Source: an uncultured Ruminococcus sp. (lineage in GTDB: Bacteria; Bacillota; Clostridia; Oscillospirales; CAG-272). Taken from it: a stretch of 64,000 bases of DNA. Position 1 is the first letter of the stretch. Each line of letters begins with the position of its first letter. The position numbers and the translations under genes are program-made. The stretch lies in NCBI GenBank assembly GCA_964623635.1, contig CAZUUA010000003.1, positions 69,166 through 133,165 on the forward strand, read 5' to 3'. The notes beneath the pieces were generated by a model. That model saw nothing but the letters and a program-made list of their open reading frames with translations. It searched no databases and had not been told where the DNA came from. Shown in pieces: positions 48,718 to 58,125 of the stretch.

Positions 48718-50400
48718 TTAGATCGTCTTGGGTTCTTCGATGGTGGTGTTCGTGCAATTTTCCGTTACGATGGCTTGTCCTACCGGGTGCGACGGCAGGG
48801 TCAGGTCTTCGGTGTAGATATTGTCCCGGAACGTCAGACCGTCGGCATAGCGAGCATACAGGAACCGCTTTTCGTGGAGCCGGAAGTGGTTGTGCTCGAT
48901 GGTGATGCCGTGGTGGTAGTGCTGACCGACATTTTCCCGAACGGCCGGGCAAATGGTCACCACGTAGCCACCGGCGTAGGCTGCGTCGGCGAAGTTGTTG
49001 TTCCGAATGGTCACATCGCACACCGGGCCGCTTTCGTACCAGCTGTTGGCGTCTCCGGCACACTCGATGGCGCAGTTCATGTTGTAGAAGGTGCAGTTCT
49101 CCACCAGTACCTTTTTACAGGTGGTCAGAAGGAAGCCACGGGGTCTGTTATTGCCGCAGGTACAGCCATCCAGATGGACAGAGGGCATACGGGTGTGATT
49201 CTCGATCACGTGATCCTTCTGCAGAGATTCCGGCAGGTTCTGAGCTACCGTCAGCTGCAGATTTTCGCCGGACAGCAGCTTCGCATCGGTGACGGTCAGA
49301 TCGCAGTACGGCAGCATGGTCTGGTTGTCCACCAGGCGTACGATATCGCCGGGACGGTACAGGTTGATGCCGCGCTGCTGGAAATGGCCGTAGCGCAGGA
49401 GCAGGGTGTGCGCATCCAGCTTGTCTTCCACGATGGTGTAGATGCCGTGGAAGTTGCCGGCGTCGTCCAGCATAGAGGTGAAGGTGCAATCCTTGTAGGT
49501 GATCTGGCCGGTGCAGTTGACAAAGTGGGTAGCGTCGGCACTGACGGACAGGACTCTGCCGGAACCGGGGCGTACACGGCAGTTGACTCGTTCCAGGCTG
49601 ATGTTTTCGGAACACTGCCCGATGACACCCATGGCGGCGGTGTGGTACAGCTCTATGTCGGTCAGGGTGACGTTCTTGGAATCGGTGATGAAGATACCGG
49701 GGTTATGCCGTCCTCCAAAGGTGCAGACCCACCAGTTGCCCACGGTATGGGTATAGCCGATGCTACCATGGAGACGGATGGTATTTTCGCTGATCTGCTC
49801 GGCGGTGAAGTAGCGGTACATACTGGCCAAAAAGTCCTGCTCCACTTCACCCAGCACGGTGAAATAGGGGTACAGATACGGAGAGGGTCTGCCGTTGTCG
49901 TCAAATTCGGTGACCAGCACACGGTATTCCAGGCTTTCCCAACCGTCCTCCGGCGAATAGAAGCACAGCTTGCCGTCCTTGAGCTTGCAGGCAAAGGTGT
50001 CGCCGTCAAAGGTCAGGTCTGTGAAATCGGCACCGGCCGCCGTGATCCTTGCCTGGGTGAAGAAGGGATTGCGGTAATCCACGTGCAGGTTCCGGATGGC
50101 GATGTTTTCCGCTTCGTCCAGTACAAATGGCGTGACGGCGCCGTGGAACATGAGCTCTGCTCCTTCGCCATCGATGGTCAGGTCATGCTTGCCACGGAGG
50201 TCAAAGGCGATGTGTTTGTCGCTGTAGTCGTTGTTGGACACGTAGTAGGGACGCACCACGGTATGCTCCGGGTACACGTGGATGGTACCACCGCCAAGAC
50301 ACAGGGTATCACCCGGTTTACAGTCGGCCAGTGCAGCCCGGATCGCTTCTGCGGCATCCTTTTTGTCGGGTGCCAGATACTGTTTCAGCTCGATCTTCAT
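48718..50400 (-). CDS. right-handed parallel beta-helix (pectin-lyase-fold) protein, putative cytoplasmic glycoside hydrolase
   Basis: The sequence has repetitive beta-helix rungs (NIAIRNLHVDY, NVTLTDIELYH, ENISLERVNC, VLVENCTFYNMN, VTIRNNNF). There is no signal peptide. The specific family was not determined. Confidence 0.55.
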   Translation of the reverse strand: MKIELKQYLAPDKKDAAEAIRAALADCKPGDTLCLGGGTIHVYPEHTVVRPYYVSNNDYSDKHIAFDLRGKHDLTIDGEGAELMFHGAVTPFVLDEAENIAIRNLHVDYRNPFFTQARITAAGADFTDLTFDGDTFACKLKDGKLCFYSPEDGWESLEYRVLVTEFDDNGRPSPYLYPYFTVLGEVEQDFLASMYRYFTAEQISENTIRLHGSIGYTHTVGNWWVCTFGGRHNPGIFITDSKNVTLTDIELYHTAAMGVIGQCSENISLERVNCRVRPGSGRVLSVSADATHFVNCTGQITYKDCTFTSMLDDAGNFHGIYTIVEDKLDAHTLLLRYGHFQQRGINLYRPGDIVRLVDNQTMLPYCDLTVTDAKLLSGENLQLTVAQNLPESLQKDHVIENHTRMPSVHLDGCTCGNNRPRGFLLTTCKKVLVENCTFYNMNCAIECAGDANSWYESGPVCDVTIRNNNFADAAYAGGYVVTICPAVRENVGQHYHHGITIEHNHFRLHEKRFLYARYADGLTFRDNIYTEDLTLPSHPVGQAIVTENCTNTTIEEPKTI

Positions 50401-50501
50401 GTTGTTTCTCCTATCTTTTTTACGTTCATGTCAGAAAACGCAGAGCCGATCTGATCTATGCTGCGGTTCTACGTCTTCGTATGCGTTTTATTCTGTTTCA
50501 G

Positions 50502-51758
50502 TCAACGCTGATCAGCGTTCACTTCGCTTTCCGAATCCTGCAGCTTTTTCATAATAGACAGCAGCACCACCAGGATTGCCGGGAACACGATGGCAGCAAG
50601 GATACCATAGCGGATGGCCTGGCTTTCCACGTTGGCACCTGTGACCGAAGCGGTGTACAGATCAGAAACCATGCCGGTGATCCAGGGACCCAGAGAGCAG
50701 CCGATGTCGCCGCCCAGTGCCAGCATACTGAACATGACCGGTCCTGCCTGATAGTGGTATTTCTTCGATGTGTAGGACAGCACGCCCGGCCACATCATGC
50801 TGACGCCCAGACCGCACACCGCACAGCCCAGCAGCGAGAACACCGGGATCGGCACGAATACGGTCACCAGGTAACAGCCCACTGTCAAGGTCGCACAGAA
50901 AAACAGCGCCTTTTCGATGTTGATCCGCTCTTCGCCCAGAATGCCGTATGCGGTTCTGCCGATGCCCATGAACAGTGCAAACAGGCATGGCCCCAGCAGG
51001 TCACCCAGCACTTTGGATACGCCCAATGCCCGTTCGGCAAAGAGAGACGCCCACTGTGCCATAGCCTGCTCCGAGGCACCGCCACAGATCATCATAAGCA
51101 GTGCCACAATGAAGACAGGCGAGCGCAGGAATTTCCCGATACCACCACTCTTTTGTTCCTCCGATACTTCCACGATGGGAACACGCAGGAAATTGAACAG
51201 GTTCACAAAGGGGATCAGTGCCCACACCAGGGGGATCCACTGCCAATAGTCGTTGCCAATGACCGCCAGAAGCACGGTGGACACGATCACCACCAGCACC
51301 TGTCCCCAGGAATAAAAGGCGTGCAGCAGGCTCATGGCAGAGGCCTTGGCATCTCCCGGCAGTGCGTCCACGATGGGACTAATGACCACCTCGGTCAGGC
51401 CGCCGCCGATGGAATACAATACGACCGCAATGAGGATACCGGTGAACGGATCCATGACTTTGGGCAAGATGGCCAGCAGCACCAGACCGACCACGGAAAA
51501 ACCATGGGCCAGCACGGCGCATTTTCGATAGCCCAGAATGGGAGTCAGCTTGATCATGGTGGCGTCGGTGGCGATCTGCACCACAAACGTCACCAGCACC
51601 AGGTTGGCCAGATCCATATAGGATACGCCGAAGTCGTTCTGGAAGATCACGAAAAACAGCGGTGCCAGATTCACGACGATGGCCTGGGTGATGTAGCCAA
51701 GATAACAGGCGTGCAGCGTAGAGGTATATTTGGATCTTGTTTTTTGCATTTTTGTCAT
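50502..51758 (-). CDS. MFS transporter
   Basis: About 12 hydrophobic segments over 418 aa, with a typical MFS organisation. Confidence 0.75.
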   Translation of the reverse strand: MTKMQKTRSKYTSTLHACYLGYITQAIVVNLAPLFFVIFQNDFGVSYMDLANLVLVTFVVQIATDATMIKLTPILGYRKCAVLAHGFSVVGLVLLAILPKVMDPFTGILIAVVLYSIGGGLTEVVISPIVDALPGDAKASAMSLLHAFYSWGQVLVVIVSTVLLAVIGNDYWQWIPLVWALIPFVNLFNFLRVPIVEVSEEQKSGGIGKFLRSPVFIVALLMMICGGASEQAMAQWASLFAERALGVSKVLGDLLGPCLFALFMGIGRTAYGILGEERINIEKALFFCATLTVGCYLVTVFVPIPVFSLLGCAVCGLGVSMMWPGVLSYTSKKYHYQAGPVMFSMLALGGDIGCSLGPWITGMVSDLYTASVTGANVESQAIRYGILAAIVFPAILVVLLSIMKKLQDSESEVNADQR

Positions 51759-51798
51759 AATCTCCTTTGGTCAGGGGAAAACGGTTCGCTCTCGTTTC

Positions 51799-53937
51799 TC
51801 AGCGGCGATACCCCTCGGTCGTGCGATAGTCCACCAGCGATATGCCGTCGAAATAGGATTCCAGGATATTACGATAGGCATACCCCAGGTTTGCCAAATC
51901 GTAGGCGCCGTATTGGCTGATGCCGACACCATGTCCCCAGCCTTTGCCTACAAAGATAAAGTTGTTTGTGTTTTCAGCATATGCCACCTTGTGCAGAATG
52001 GTCTCTGTGGAGGTAGACAGTGTTTCGGTCACGTGTACCTCTTCCACCTTTGGTTCCTCTTTTTTGACCACCACTTCTTCTCCGGTGAAGGCACTGGCGC
52101 ATTCGCTGGACAGCACGAAGATATCCGAACGCTCGTAGACCTGTTCCCCTTCTGCAGACAGGAGCGTCACAGAGAAATCGATGTCGGACACACACTCTTC
52201 TGCGGCTGTCAGCACATGGTAGCCGTACAGCGTGGTGTAGCCGTAGTCTTTGTCGTAATCATAGGCCGCTTTGGTAGTCGAGACGTATGTTTCGGCCGGT
52301 GTTGGTTCTGCCACGGTCGGTTCGGTGGTTTCGGCTTTTGTGGATCGGGTAGTTGTCGCAGGAACGGTCGTGATTTCGATCACCTGCTCGGTATATTCCA
52401 CCTTTCCCTTGCCTACCACAAAATTGGCGCTCTTGACATTGGGTGTCAGCGACATACGCACGTTGTCGGTACCGGTGATCTGGGTCACGCTGCCACTGCT
52501 GTCGGTGACCTTTAGTACCTTTACATACGTAGAGTTTTCGGCATAGGCGGCGATCTCCACATTGGTGACGGTGCCACGGATATTGTGTCCGGCCTTCCGC
52601 AGCCGCTCGGTCAGCTCAGCCGGGGTCATCTCCACGATCCAGAAGGCGTTTTCGTGGTTCATATAATCTTCCCACGGGGTCTCCTTGGCCTGCAGATAGG
52701 GGATGTCACCACCCCAGGCATCTTTGGCACTGACGGTCGTGCCGCCCATACTGGACGAATAGTAGGCATCCACGATCTCGCCGCCGTAGGTCATGACCTG
52801 TCCGGCCGTCTCTTTGACAGCGGTCATCACGTTCCGGTTGATCCGGCCGGCACCCTTGTACACCTGGCAATGGGCGTTGTTGCACATATCCACATCGGTA
52901 CCGGTGTGTCGTTCGGCGTGGGTCAGGGTATAGGAACGCACCACGATGGCAAAGGCCTTCAGTGTCTCCAGAGGCCAGGTGTTGGAGATCTCATAGGGCA
53001 GCACACCGGCCACATAGGCTTCCAGGGGCAGGATATTGGTCAGAGCAACGCCGTTTCTGGAACCGCTCTGGTACCGGCTGAACACGAAGGTCCCATCGTA
53101 CACATTGGCGGCCGGGGTCTTGAGCCAACGATTGCCATTCGCATCCTGTTTGCCCTGCAGACCAAGCTCAGTCTCGCCGCCGCAGTCGTACTCGAATAAG
53201 ATCGCATCGGTCTGGGGATCCAGGACGGACACGGAGGTAGCGCTGGCACCGGTGGCGTACACAGTCTCATTGGGGTACAGCTTGCCAACAGTATCTGCCC
53301 ATTGCTCGGCTTCGGAGCGGGTCGTGAAGGCACCCACACGGATGGTATAGCCGGAGTACACGTATGCCGGGATCACAGCCAGTCCATAGCCGGACAAAGC
53401 CTGTTTTACGGCAGAAAGCAATGTGGTATATTCATCCTTTGTATATTTATCGCAGTCGATCTGCACATGATAACCGCCAATGACCGCATCGTAGGCGCTG
53501 GATGCCATGGAATAGGTCATGTTCCGCTTGGACAGATTGCCATCGTTGGCTACGGCCACCTTGGTCTCACTTAGCTCCCAGATGGGTGTGAAAGTGCAGT
53601 CTCCTGTGGTCTCTGCGATGCCGATGATGAAGCCTGCCGTAGAGGTGACCTCAAAGCTGACCGTCACGCTCTCTCCCATCATGAGTCCCACACGAACAGG
53701 AACATCCCCGCTGTCCATAAGCGAGGATGTATCCTGTATCGTTGTTCCCTGCACCACATCGGCGGCGTACACAGAGGCCGACGACACAGAGAGCGTCATC
53801 AGATAAATGGCATAATAAGTAGCGCCGGCTACCATCAGGATCGCCAAAAACATGGCCAGGATCCGCATAGCCAATTTCTTTTTTTCTTCCCGTGTGCGCT
53901 TCTTACGGGATGTTTTTTCAGGTTGCTGATTCGACAA
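51799..53937 (-). CDS. SpoIID/LytB-domain protein with N-terminal TM anchor and SPOR-like segment
   Basis: The SpoIID core reads LEAYVAGVLPYEISNTWPLETLKAFAIVVRSYTL...NAHCQVYKG...AYYSSSMGGTT. The SPOR-like segment is GYTIRVGAFTTRSEAEQWADTV. The C-terminal motif is GKGWGHGVGISQYGA. Confidence 0.75.
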   Translation of the reverse strand: MSNQQPEKTSRKKRTREEKKKLAMRILAMFLAILMVAGATYYAIYLMTLSVSSASVYAADVVQGTTIQDTSSLMDSGDVPVRVGLMMGESVTVSFEVTSTAGFIIGIAETTGDCTFTPIWELSETKVAVANDGNLSKRNMTYSMASSAYDAVIGGYHVQIDCDKYTKDEYTTLLSAVKQALSGYGLAVIPAYVYSGYTIRVGAFTTRSEAEQWADTVGKLYPNETVYATGASATSVSVLDPQTDAILFEYDCGGETELGLQGKQDANGNRWLKTPAANVYDGTFVFSRYQSGSRNGVALTNILPLEAYVAGVLPYEISNTWPLETLKAFAIVVRSYTLTHAERHTGTDVDMCNNAHCQVYKGAGRINRNVMTAVKETAGQVMTYGGEIVDAYYSSSMGGTTVSAKDAWGGDIPYLQAKETPWEDYMNHENAFWIVEMTPAELTERLRKAGHNIRGTVTNVEIAAYAENSTYVKVLKVTDSSGSVTQITGTDNVRMSLTPNVKSANFVVGKGKVEYTEQVIEITTVPATTTRSTKAETTEPTVAEPTPAETYVSTTKAAYDYDKDYGYTTLYGYHVLTAAEECVSDIDFSVTLLSAEGEQVYERSDIFVLSSECASAFTGEEVVVKKEEPKVEEVHVTETLSTSTETILHKVAYAENTNNFIFVGKGWGHGVGISQYGAYDLANLGYAYRNILESYFDGISLVDYRTTEGYRR

Positions 53938-54469
53938 GGCTGTATTCTCCTTTCACCATGATATATACGGTCTGGGCCGTTGCCATGATCCCACGTCCGT
54001 CTCCTCTAGGGATCAGGCACATATGGTTGATGGTCAGGTTTTCCCCATTATAGATCTCGGCGCCTTCCGTATAATCGGAAATGCCCTGGGTCGCATTGGG
54101 TGCGATGCAGATGGCAGCACCGGAACGCAGCAGGATATCGATGGGTCCTTCGGCAAACAGGCAGTCGCCATACTTCATCTCGATCACTTCATAGGTAACG
54201 CCTACAGTCGATGCGGTGGTGTCGGGTGCAGGTTCGGTCTCTGCAGGTGCATAGGAGCCGCCGGACAGTGCATCGATCTTGGCCTCCAATGCGGCGATCT
54301 TCACTTCATATTCTTTTACCAAATTGGGACGGAACACCTCTGTCAGGTAGCTCAGAGAAATGATCGGGTCTTCCGAGCTGTCATAGGAGGCCGCCAGCAC
54401 CGTGACGGTCAGCGCCGACAGCAGCGCCAAAACACCGCAGAGCCATTTGTATCCGGTATGTTTTTTCAT
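53918..54469 (-). CDS. hypothetical secreted/membrane-anchored protein (184 aa)
   Basis: The ATG at 54469 (MKKHTGYKWLCGVLALLSALTVTVLA) gives a signal or anchor sequence, followed by a short coiled segment. The 3' end overlaps the SpoIID-like start by 20 nt. Confidence 0.5.
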   Translation of the reverse strand: MKKHTGYKWLCGVLALLSALTVTVLAASYDSSEDPIISLSYLTEVFRPNLVKEYEVKIAALEAKIDALSGGSYAPAETEPAPDTTASTVGVTYEVIEMKYGDCLFAEGPIDILLRSGAAICIAPNATQGISDYTEGAEIYNGENLTINHMCLIPRGDGRGIMATAQTVYIMVKGEYSLVESAT

Positions 54470-54486
54470 AAGTATCAAACCTTTCA

Positions 54487-54520
54487 AATATAAAAGACGC
54501 TTCTCTGGAAGACGTTTTTT
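54487..54520 (-). promoter_or_regulatory. terminator-like hairpin inside the leader of the secreted-protein/SpoIID-like operon (possible attenuator)
   Basis: Minus strand: ACGTCTTC-CAGA-GAAGCGT followed by CTTTTATATTTG, located ~20 nt upstream of the ATG at 54469. Confidence 0.35.
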
Positions 54521-54571
54521 GTCGGCGACAGCAGATCCGCACGGCACCGGTCTTCCGCATTCACATCCTTT

Positions 54572-54600
54572 ATTATACCGGAAATCCCACAAAAAAGCAA
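54572..54600 (-). promoter_or_regulatory. candidate sigma-70 promoter for the secreted-protein/SpoIID-like operon
   Basis: Minus strand: TTGCTT, 17-nt spacer, TATAAT. Confidence 0.45.
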
Positions 54601-54641
54601 GAGCGGCAAGCATATGTTCACACCGAATTTACACTTGCCGC
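54591..54641 (-). terminator. terminator after the ParC/GyrA-like gene
   Basis: Minus strand: GCGGCAAG-loop-CTTGCCGC followed by TCTTGCTTTTTTG. Confidence 0.7.
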
Positions 54642-54669
54642 TGTTTTTGTGTCCCGCAGGGGGATGTAT

Positions 54670-56898
54670 TTATTCCATAGGCAGCTGCTCACCCAGTACG
54701 GACAGCGAGATCCCCACTGCCGGCACCTTGTTTTTCCGCAGCTTCTGGCGGTTCTCGATCGCAGAGAGTTCCTCACCATACCGCACGGCTGTGATCTCCA
54801 CCGGCTCCTTCATGGTGAACAATGTGACACCCTGGGAGCTGCGTGTAGCTTTCACAGAGATCAGCTCGGAGGAAATCAGGATCCCTTTTGCCGCACTGTT
54901 TTCCAGCAGCAGATCCATGGGCTTGCCGTCCTCGTATATGGCCGCCACGATGGGAGACGCATCGGAGAAGGCACCGGTGAGCTTCTTCCGGTTGTTCTTG
55001 GTCTCGTAGGCCGTCACCGGGATCTTCACGCCCTTACCGTTGGCAAACAGGAAGATCATGTTGTGCTCCTCCTTGTAGGTCTGCAGCGCCTTCATCATAA
55101 TGGGATGCTCGTCGTCGTCCATGCCCAGCTTGGCAGGAATATATTCACCCAGAGCCGACGCTTTGGTGGTGTCAAAATCCTCCACCTTGGCTTTGTACAC
55201 CTGCGCTTTGTCCGTGAAGAACAACAGCTCCGCGGTATTGTCGGTATCCTCGGCGTTGGCGATCTCGTCTCCATCCTTCAGTTTATGAGCGTCTGCCACA
55301 CGAAGCGACTGCTGGGTGATCTTCTTGAAATATCCTTCTCTGGTCAGCACCACATGGACGGCGTAATTTTCCACCGGCTCCTCATCTGGCACCTCCGGGA
55401 TGTCGTCGGCGAAAATGATCTGGGTCTTCCGGGGCTTGCCGTATTTCTTTTTGATCTGTTTTAACTGTCCGATGATATATTCCTTGACCTTGAGGTCATC
55501 TCCGATCAGCGCTTCCAGGTCGGCGATCTCCTGCTGCAGGCTCTCGATCTCCTTGATCCGCTCCACGATGTATTCCCGATTCAGGTGGCGGAGCTTGATC
55601 TCGGCGATGTATTCGGCCTGGATCTCATCGATGGAAAAGCCTTCCATCAGACGGGGCACCACATCGGATTCCCTTTCGGTCTCTCGGACGATCCGGATGG
55701 CTTTGTCGATGTCCAAAAGGATCTTGCCAAGCCCACGAAGCAGGTGCAGCTTGTCCTTCTTTTTTGCCAGATCGTAGCTTAGCTCTCGGCGCACACAGCG
55801 CATCCGGAACCGGATCCATTCCAAAAGGATCTGCCGGATCCCCAGAAGCTTTGGCGTTTTGTCGATCAGCACATTGAAGTTGCAGGCGAAGGTATCCTCC
55901 AATGTGGTCAGCTTGAACAGGCGGTTCATCAGCGCATCCGGGTCTGTCCCACGGCGCACGTCCAGCGTCAGCTTGAAGCCGGACAGGTCGATCTCGTCCC
56001 GCACATCGGTGATCTCCTTAACTTTGCCTTCTTTGACCAGATCCAGGATCCGTTTCAGGATAACTTCGATGGATGTAGAATATGGAATCTGCAGGATCTC
56101 GATGCAGCTTTTTTGCTTGTCGAAGGCATATCGGGCACGCAGACGGAAGGAACCGGTGCCGGTCTCGTAGATCTTTTTCATCTGGCTGCGGTCGTAGATC
56201 AGGTTGGCACCACCAGCGAAATCCGGTGCCACGATGAGATCCAGCAGCTTGTCCACACCGGTCTCCGGGTTCTTCAAAAGCGCAATGGTACCGTCACAGA
56301 TCTCTGCCAAATTGAAAGAGCAGATATTGGACTGCAGACCCACGGCGATACCGGTGTTGGGGGAGACCAGCACATTGGGAAAGGTAGTAGGCAGCAGCGA
56401 CGGCTCCTCCATGGTGTTGTCGTAGTTGGGGACCATGTCAACGGCATTTTTATCAATACCGGCAAATATCTCAGCGCAAAAAGGATCCAGCTTGACTTCT
56501 GTGTATCGAGGTGCGGCAAAGGCCATGTCCCGGCTGTACTGCTTACCAAATGAACCTTTTGAATCCACAAACGGATGCAGCAGGGCTTCGTTGCCACGGG
56601 TCAGACGTACCATGGTCTCATAGATGGCCATATCGCCGTGGGGATTGAGCCGCATGGTCTGCCCCACCACATTGGCACTTTTGGTCCGTGCGCCGTTCAT
56701 CAGCCCCATTTTGTACATGGTGTACAGCAGTTTCCGGTGGGACGGCTTGAAACCATCGATCTCCGGGATGGCACGAGCCACGATAACGGTCATCACGTAG
56801 GGCATATAATTTTTTTCTATGGTCTCTGTGATCGGCTGATCTTCAATGACCGCTGGGGTCAGGTTTTCCATAGGCTTGTCGTTTTTCTTCTTCGGCAT
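54670..56898 (-). CDS. type IIA topoisomerase subunit A (ParC/GyrA-like)
   Basis: The sequence has YMPYVMTVIVARAIPEIDGFKPSHRKLLY and the active-site context AAPRYTEVKL. No subunit B gene is adjacent. Confidence 0.85.
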   Translation of the reverse strand: MPKKKNDKPMENLTPAVIEDQPITETIEKNYMPYVMTVIVARAIPEIDGFKPSHRKLLYTMYKMGLMNGARTKSANVVGQTMRLNPHGDMAIYETMVRLTRGNEALLHPFVDSKGSFGKQYSRDMAFAAPRYTEVKLDPFCAEIFAGIDKNAVDMVPNYDNTMEEPSLLPTTFPNVLVSPNTGIAVGLQSNICSFNLAEICDGTIALLKNPETGVDKLLDLIVAPDFAGGANLIYDRSQMKKIYETGTGSFRLRARYAFDKQKSCIEILQIPYSTSIEVILKRILDLVKEGKVKEITDVRDEIDLSGFKLTLDVRRGTDPDALMNRLFKLTTLEDTFACNFNVLIDKTPKLLGIRQILLEWIRFRMRCVRRELSYDLAKKKDKLHLLRGLGKILLDIDKAIRIVRETERESDVVPRLMEGFSIDEIQAEYIAEIKLRHLNREYIVERIKEIESLQQEIADLEALIGDDLKVKEYIIGQLKQIKKKYGKPRKTQIIFADDIPEVPDEEPVENYAVHVVLTREGYFKKITQQSLRVADAHKLKDGDEIANAEDTDNTAELLFFTDKAQVYKAKVEDFDTTKASALGEYIPAKLGMDDDEHPIMMKALQTYKEEHNMIFLFANGKGVKIPVTAYETKNNRKKLTGAFSDASPIVAAIYEDGKPMDLLLENSAAKGILISSELISVKATRSSQGVTLFTMKEPVEITAVRYGEELSAIENRQKLRKNKVPAVGISLSVLGEQLPME

Positions 56899-56945
56899 GA
56901 TTTCCTCTTTACGATCTCACAATATTGGTATTACCATAGTATATG

Positions 56946-57013
56946 TTATGCGTTTGTCTAAATTCCGTCATTTCAGGATAGGCGTTCGTCTATCCTGTTA
57001 GGCGTTTGTCTAT
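56946..57013. repeat. three copies of the 16-bp dyad motif TTAGRC-N4-GYCTAW (spacer between tsaC and the ParC-like gene)
   Basis: 56946 TTATGCGTTTGTCTAA; 56978 ATAGGCGTTCGTCTAT (within GGATAG-N8-CTATCC); 56998 TTAGGCGTTTGTCTAT. The last copy contains the tsaC stop codon (57010-12). Confidence 0.85.
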
Positions 57014-58074
57014 ATATGTACGACCTGTCCACCGGCGGCACGAATGATCCGGTTGTAGGTGGCAAGGTCAATGCCGTCTTCACCGGGCAGCCGGGCATAC
57101 AGTGTCTCTAAGGCTTTTTCGTCTGCTTCCCGGAGAATGGCAAATAGCCGCCGGGCGTGTTCTGCTTCGTCACCTGCCGCACCCATGGACAATACCGTGG
57201 CCTGTGGGAACTGCTTTGCTTCTTCGTCCGTTGCCATTACACCATACTTGCCCTTGCCGACCGACTGCACATACGATACGAAGCTTTGGCTGTCCGGCGC
57301 ATCCACCAGGATCACGTGGCACTTTGGCGCATAATGCTTGTACTTCATGCCGGGTGACTGAGGCTTATCACCGGCTTTGCCAGGGTCAGTCACCGCTTCC
57401 GACACATCTACATGGCGGCACACCTCGGTGAGCATTTCCTTTGTGACGGCACCGGGACGCAGGATCGTACAGCCTTCGCCGTCTGGAGCCAGTGCGATGA
57501 CAGTGGACTCCACACCGATGGAGCAGGGGCCGCCGTCTAAGATCAGTGGGATCTTGCCGCACAGATCCGCATACACATGGGCCGCTGTGGTGGGAGACGG
57601 TTTTCCGGAGCTATTGGCGCTGGGGGCTGCAATGGGGTGACCAGACACACGGATCAGGGCTCGGGCATCCGGATGGGACGGACAGCGGATCGCCACCGTC
57701 GAAAGACCGCCGGATACGGTATCGGGGATCACCGGCTTCTTTGGCAAAATAATGGTCAGCGGCCCCGGCATATACCGTTCGGCAAGTGCATAATACAACG
57801 GAACTGTGTGTGCGATCTGCTCCGCTTCTGCCGGTTCTGCCACGTGTACGATCAGGGGATTGTCGGAGGGTCGTCCCTTGGCGGCGTATATTTTTGTGGC
57901 TGCTTCGGCGTACAGGGCACTACCTGCCAGACCATATACGGTCTCTGTGGGGATCCCCACCAGCTCGCCTTGTTGAATATAGGCAGCCGCCTTATTTAGT
58001 GCGGTCTCTCTGTCGCTGCCCAACAGGGAAAGTATTTCTGTTTCCATTGTCGTATGATTCACCCTTCCATACAC
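57010..58074 (-). CDS. tsaC: L-threonylcarbamoyladenylate synthase (Sua5/YwlC type, with SUA5 C-domain)
   Basis: The motifs IPTETVYGLAG and KGRPSDNPLIVHV are present. The start is uncertain: GTG at 58074 or ATG at 58047 (METEIL...). Confidence 0.85.
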   Translation of the reverse strand: MYGRVNHTTMETEILSLLGSDRETALNKAAAYIQQGELVGIPTETVYGLAGSALYAEAATKIYAAKGRPSDNPLIVHVAEPAEAEQIAHTVPLYYALAERYMPGPLTIILPKKPVIPDTVSGGLSTVAIRCPSHPDARALIRVSGHPIAAPSANSSGKPSPTTAAHVYADLCGKIPLILDGGPCSIGVESTVIALAPDGEGCTILRPGAVTKEMLTEVCRHVDVSEAVTDPGKAGDKPQSPGMKYKHYAPKCHVILVDAPDSQSFVSYVQSVGKGKYGVMATDEEAKQFPQATVLSMGAAGDEAEHARRLFAILREADEKALETLYARLPGEDGIDLATYNRIIRAAGGQVVHI

Positions 58075-58083
58075 GTTTTTTTG

Positions 58084-58125
58084 TTAGGCGTATGTCTATT
58101 GTTATGGTTTTAGACGTTTGTCTTA
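58084..58125. repeat. two copies of the 16-bp dyad motif (spacer between prfA and tsaC)
   Basis: 58084 TTAGGCGTATGTCTAT; 58110 TTAGACGTTTGTCTTA. The second copy contains the prfA stop codon (58123-25). Confidence 0.85.
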
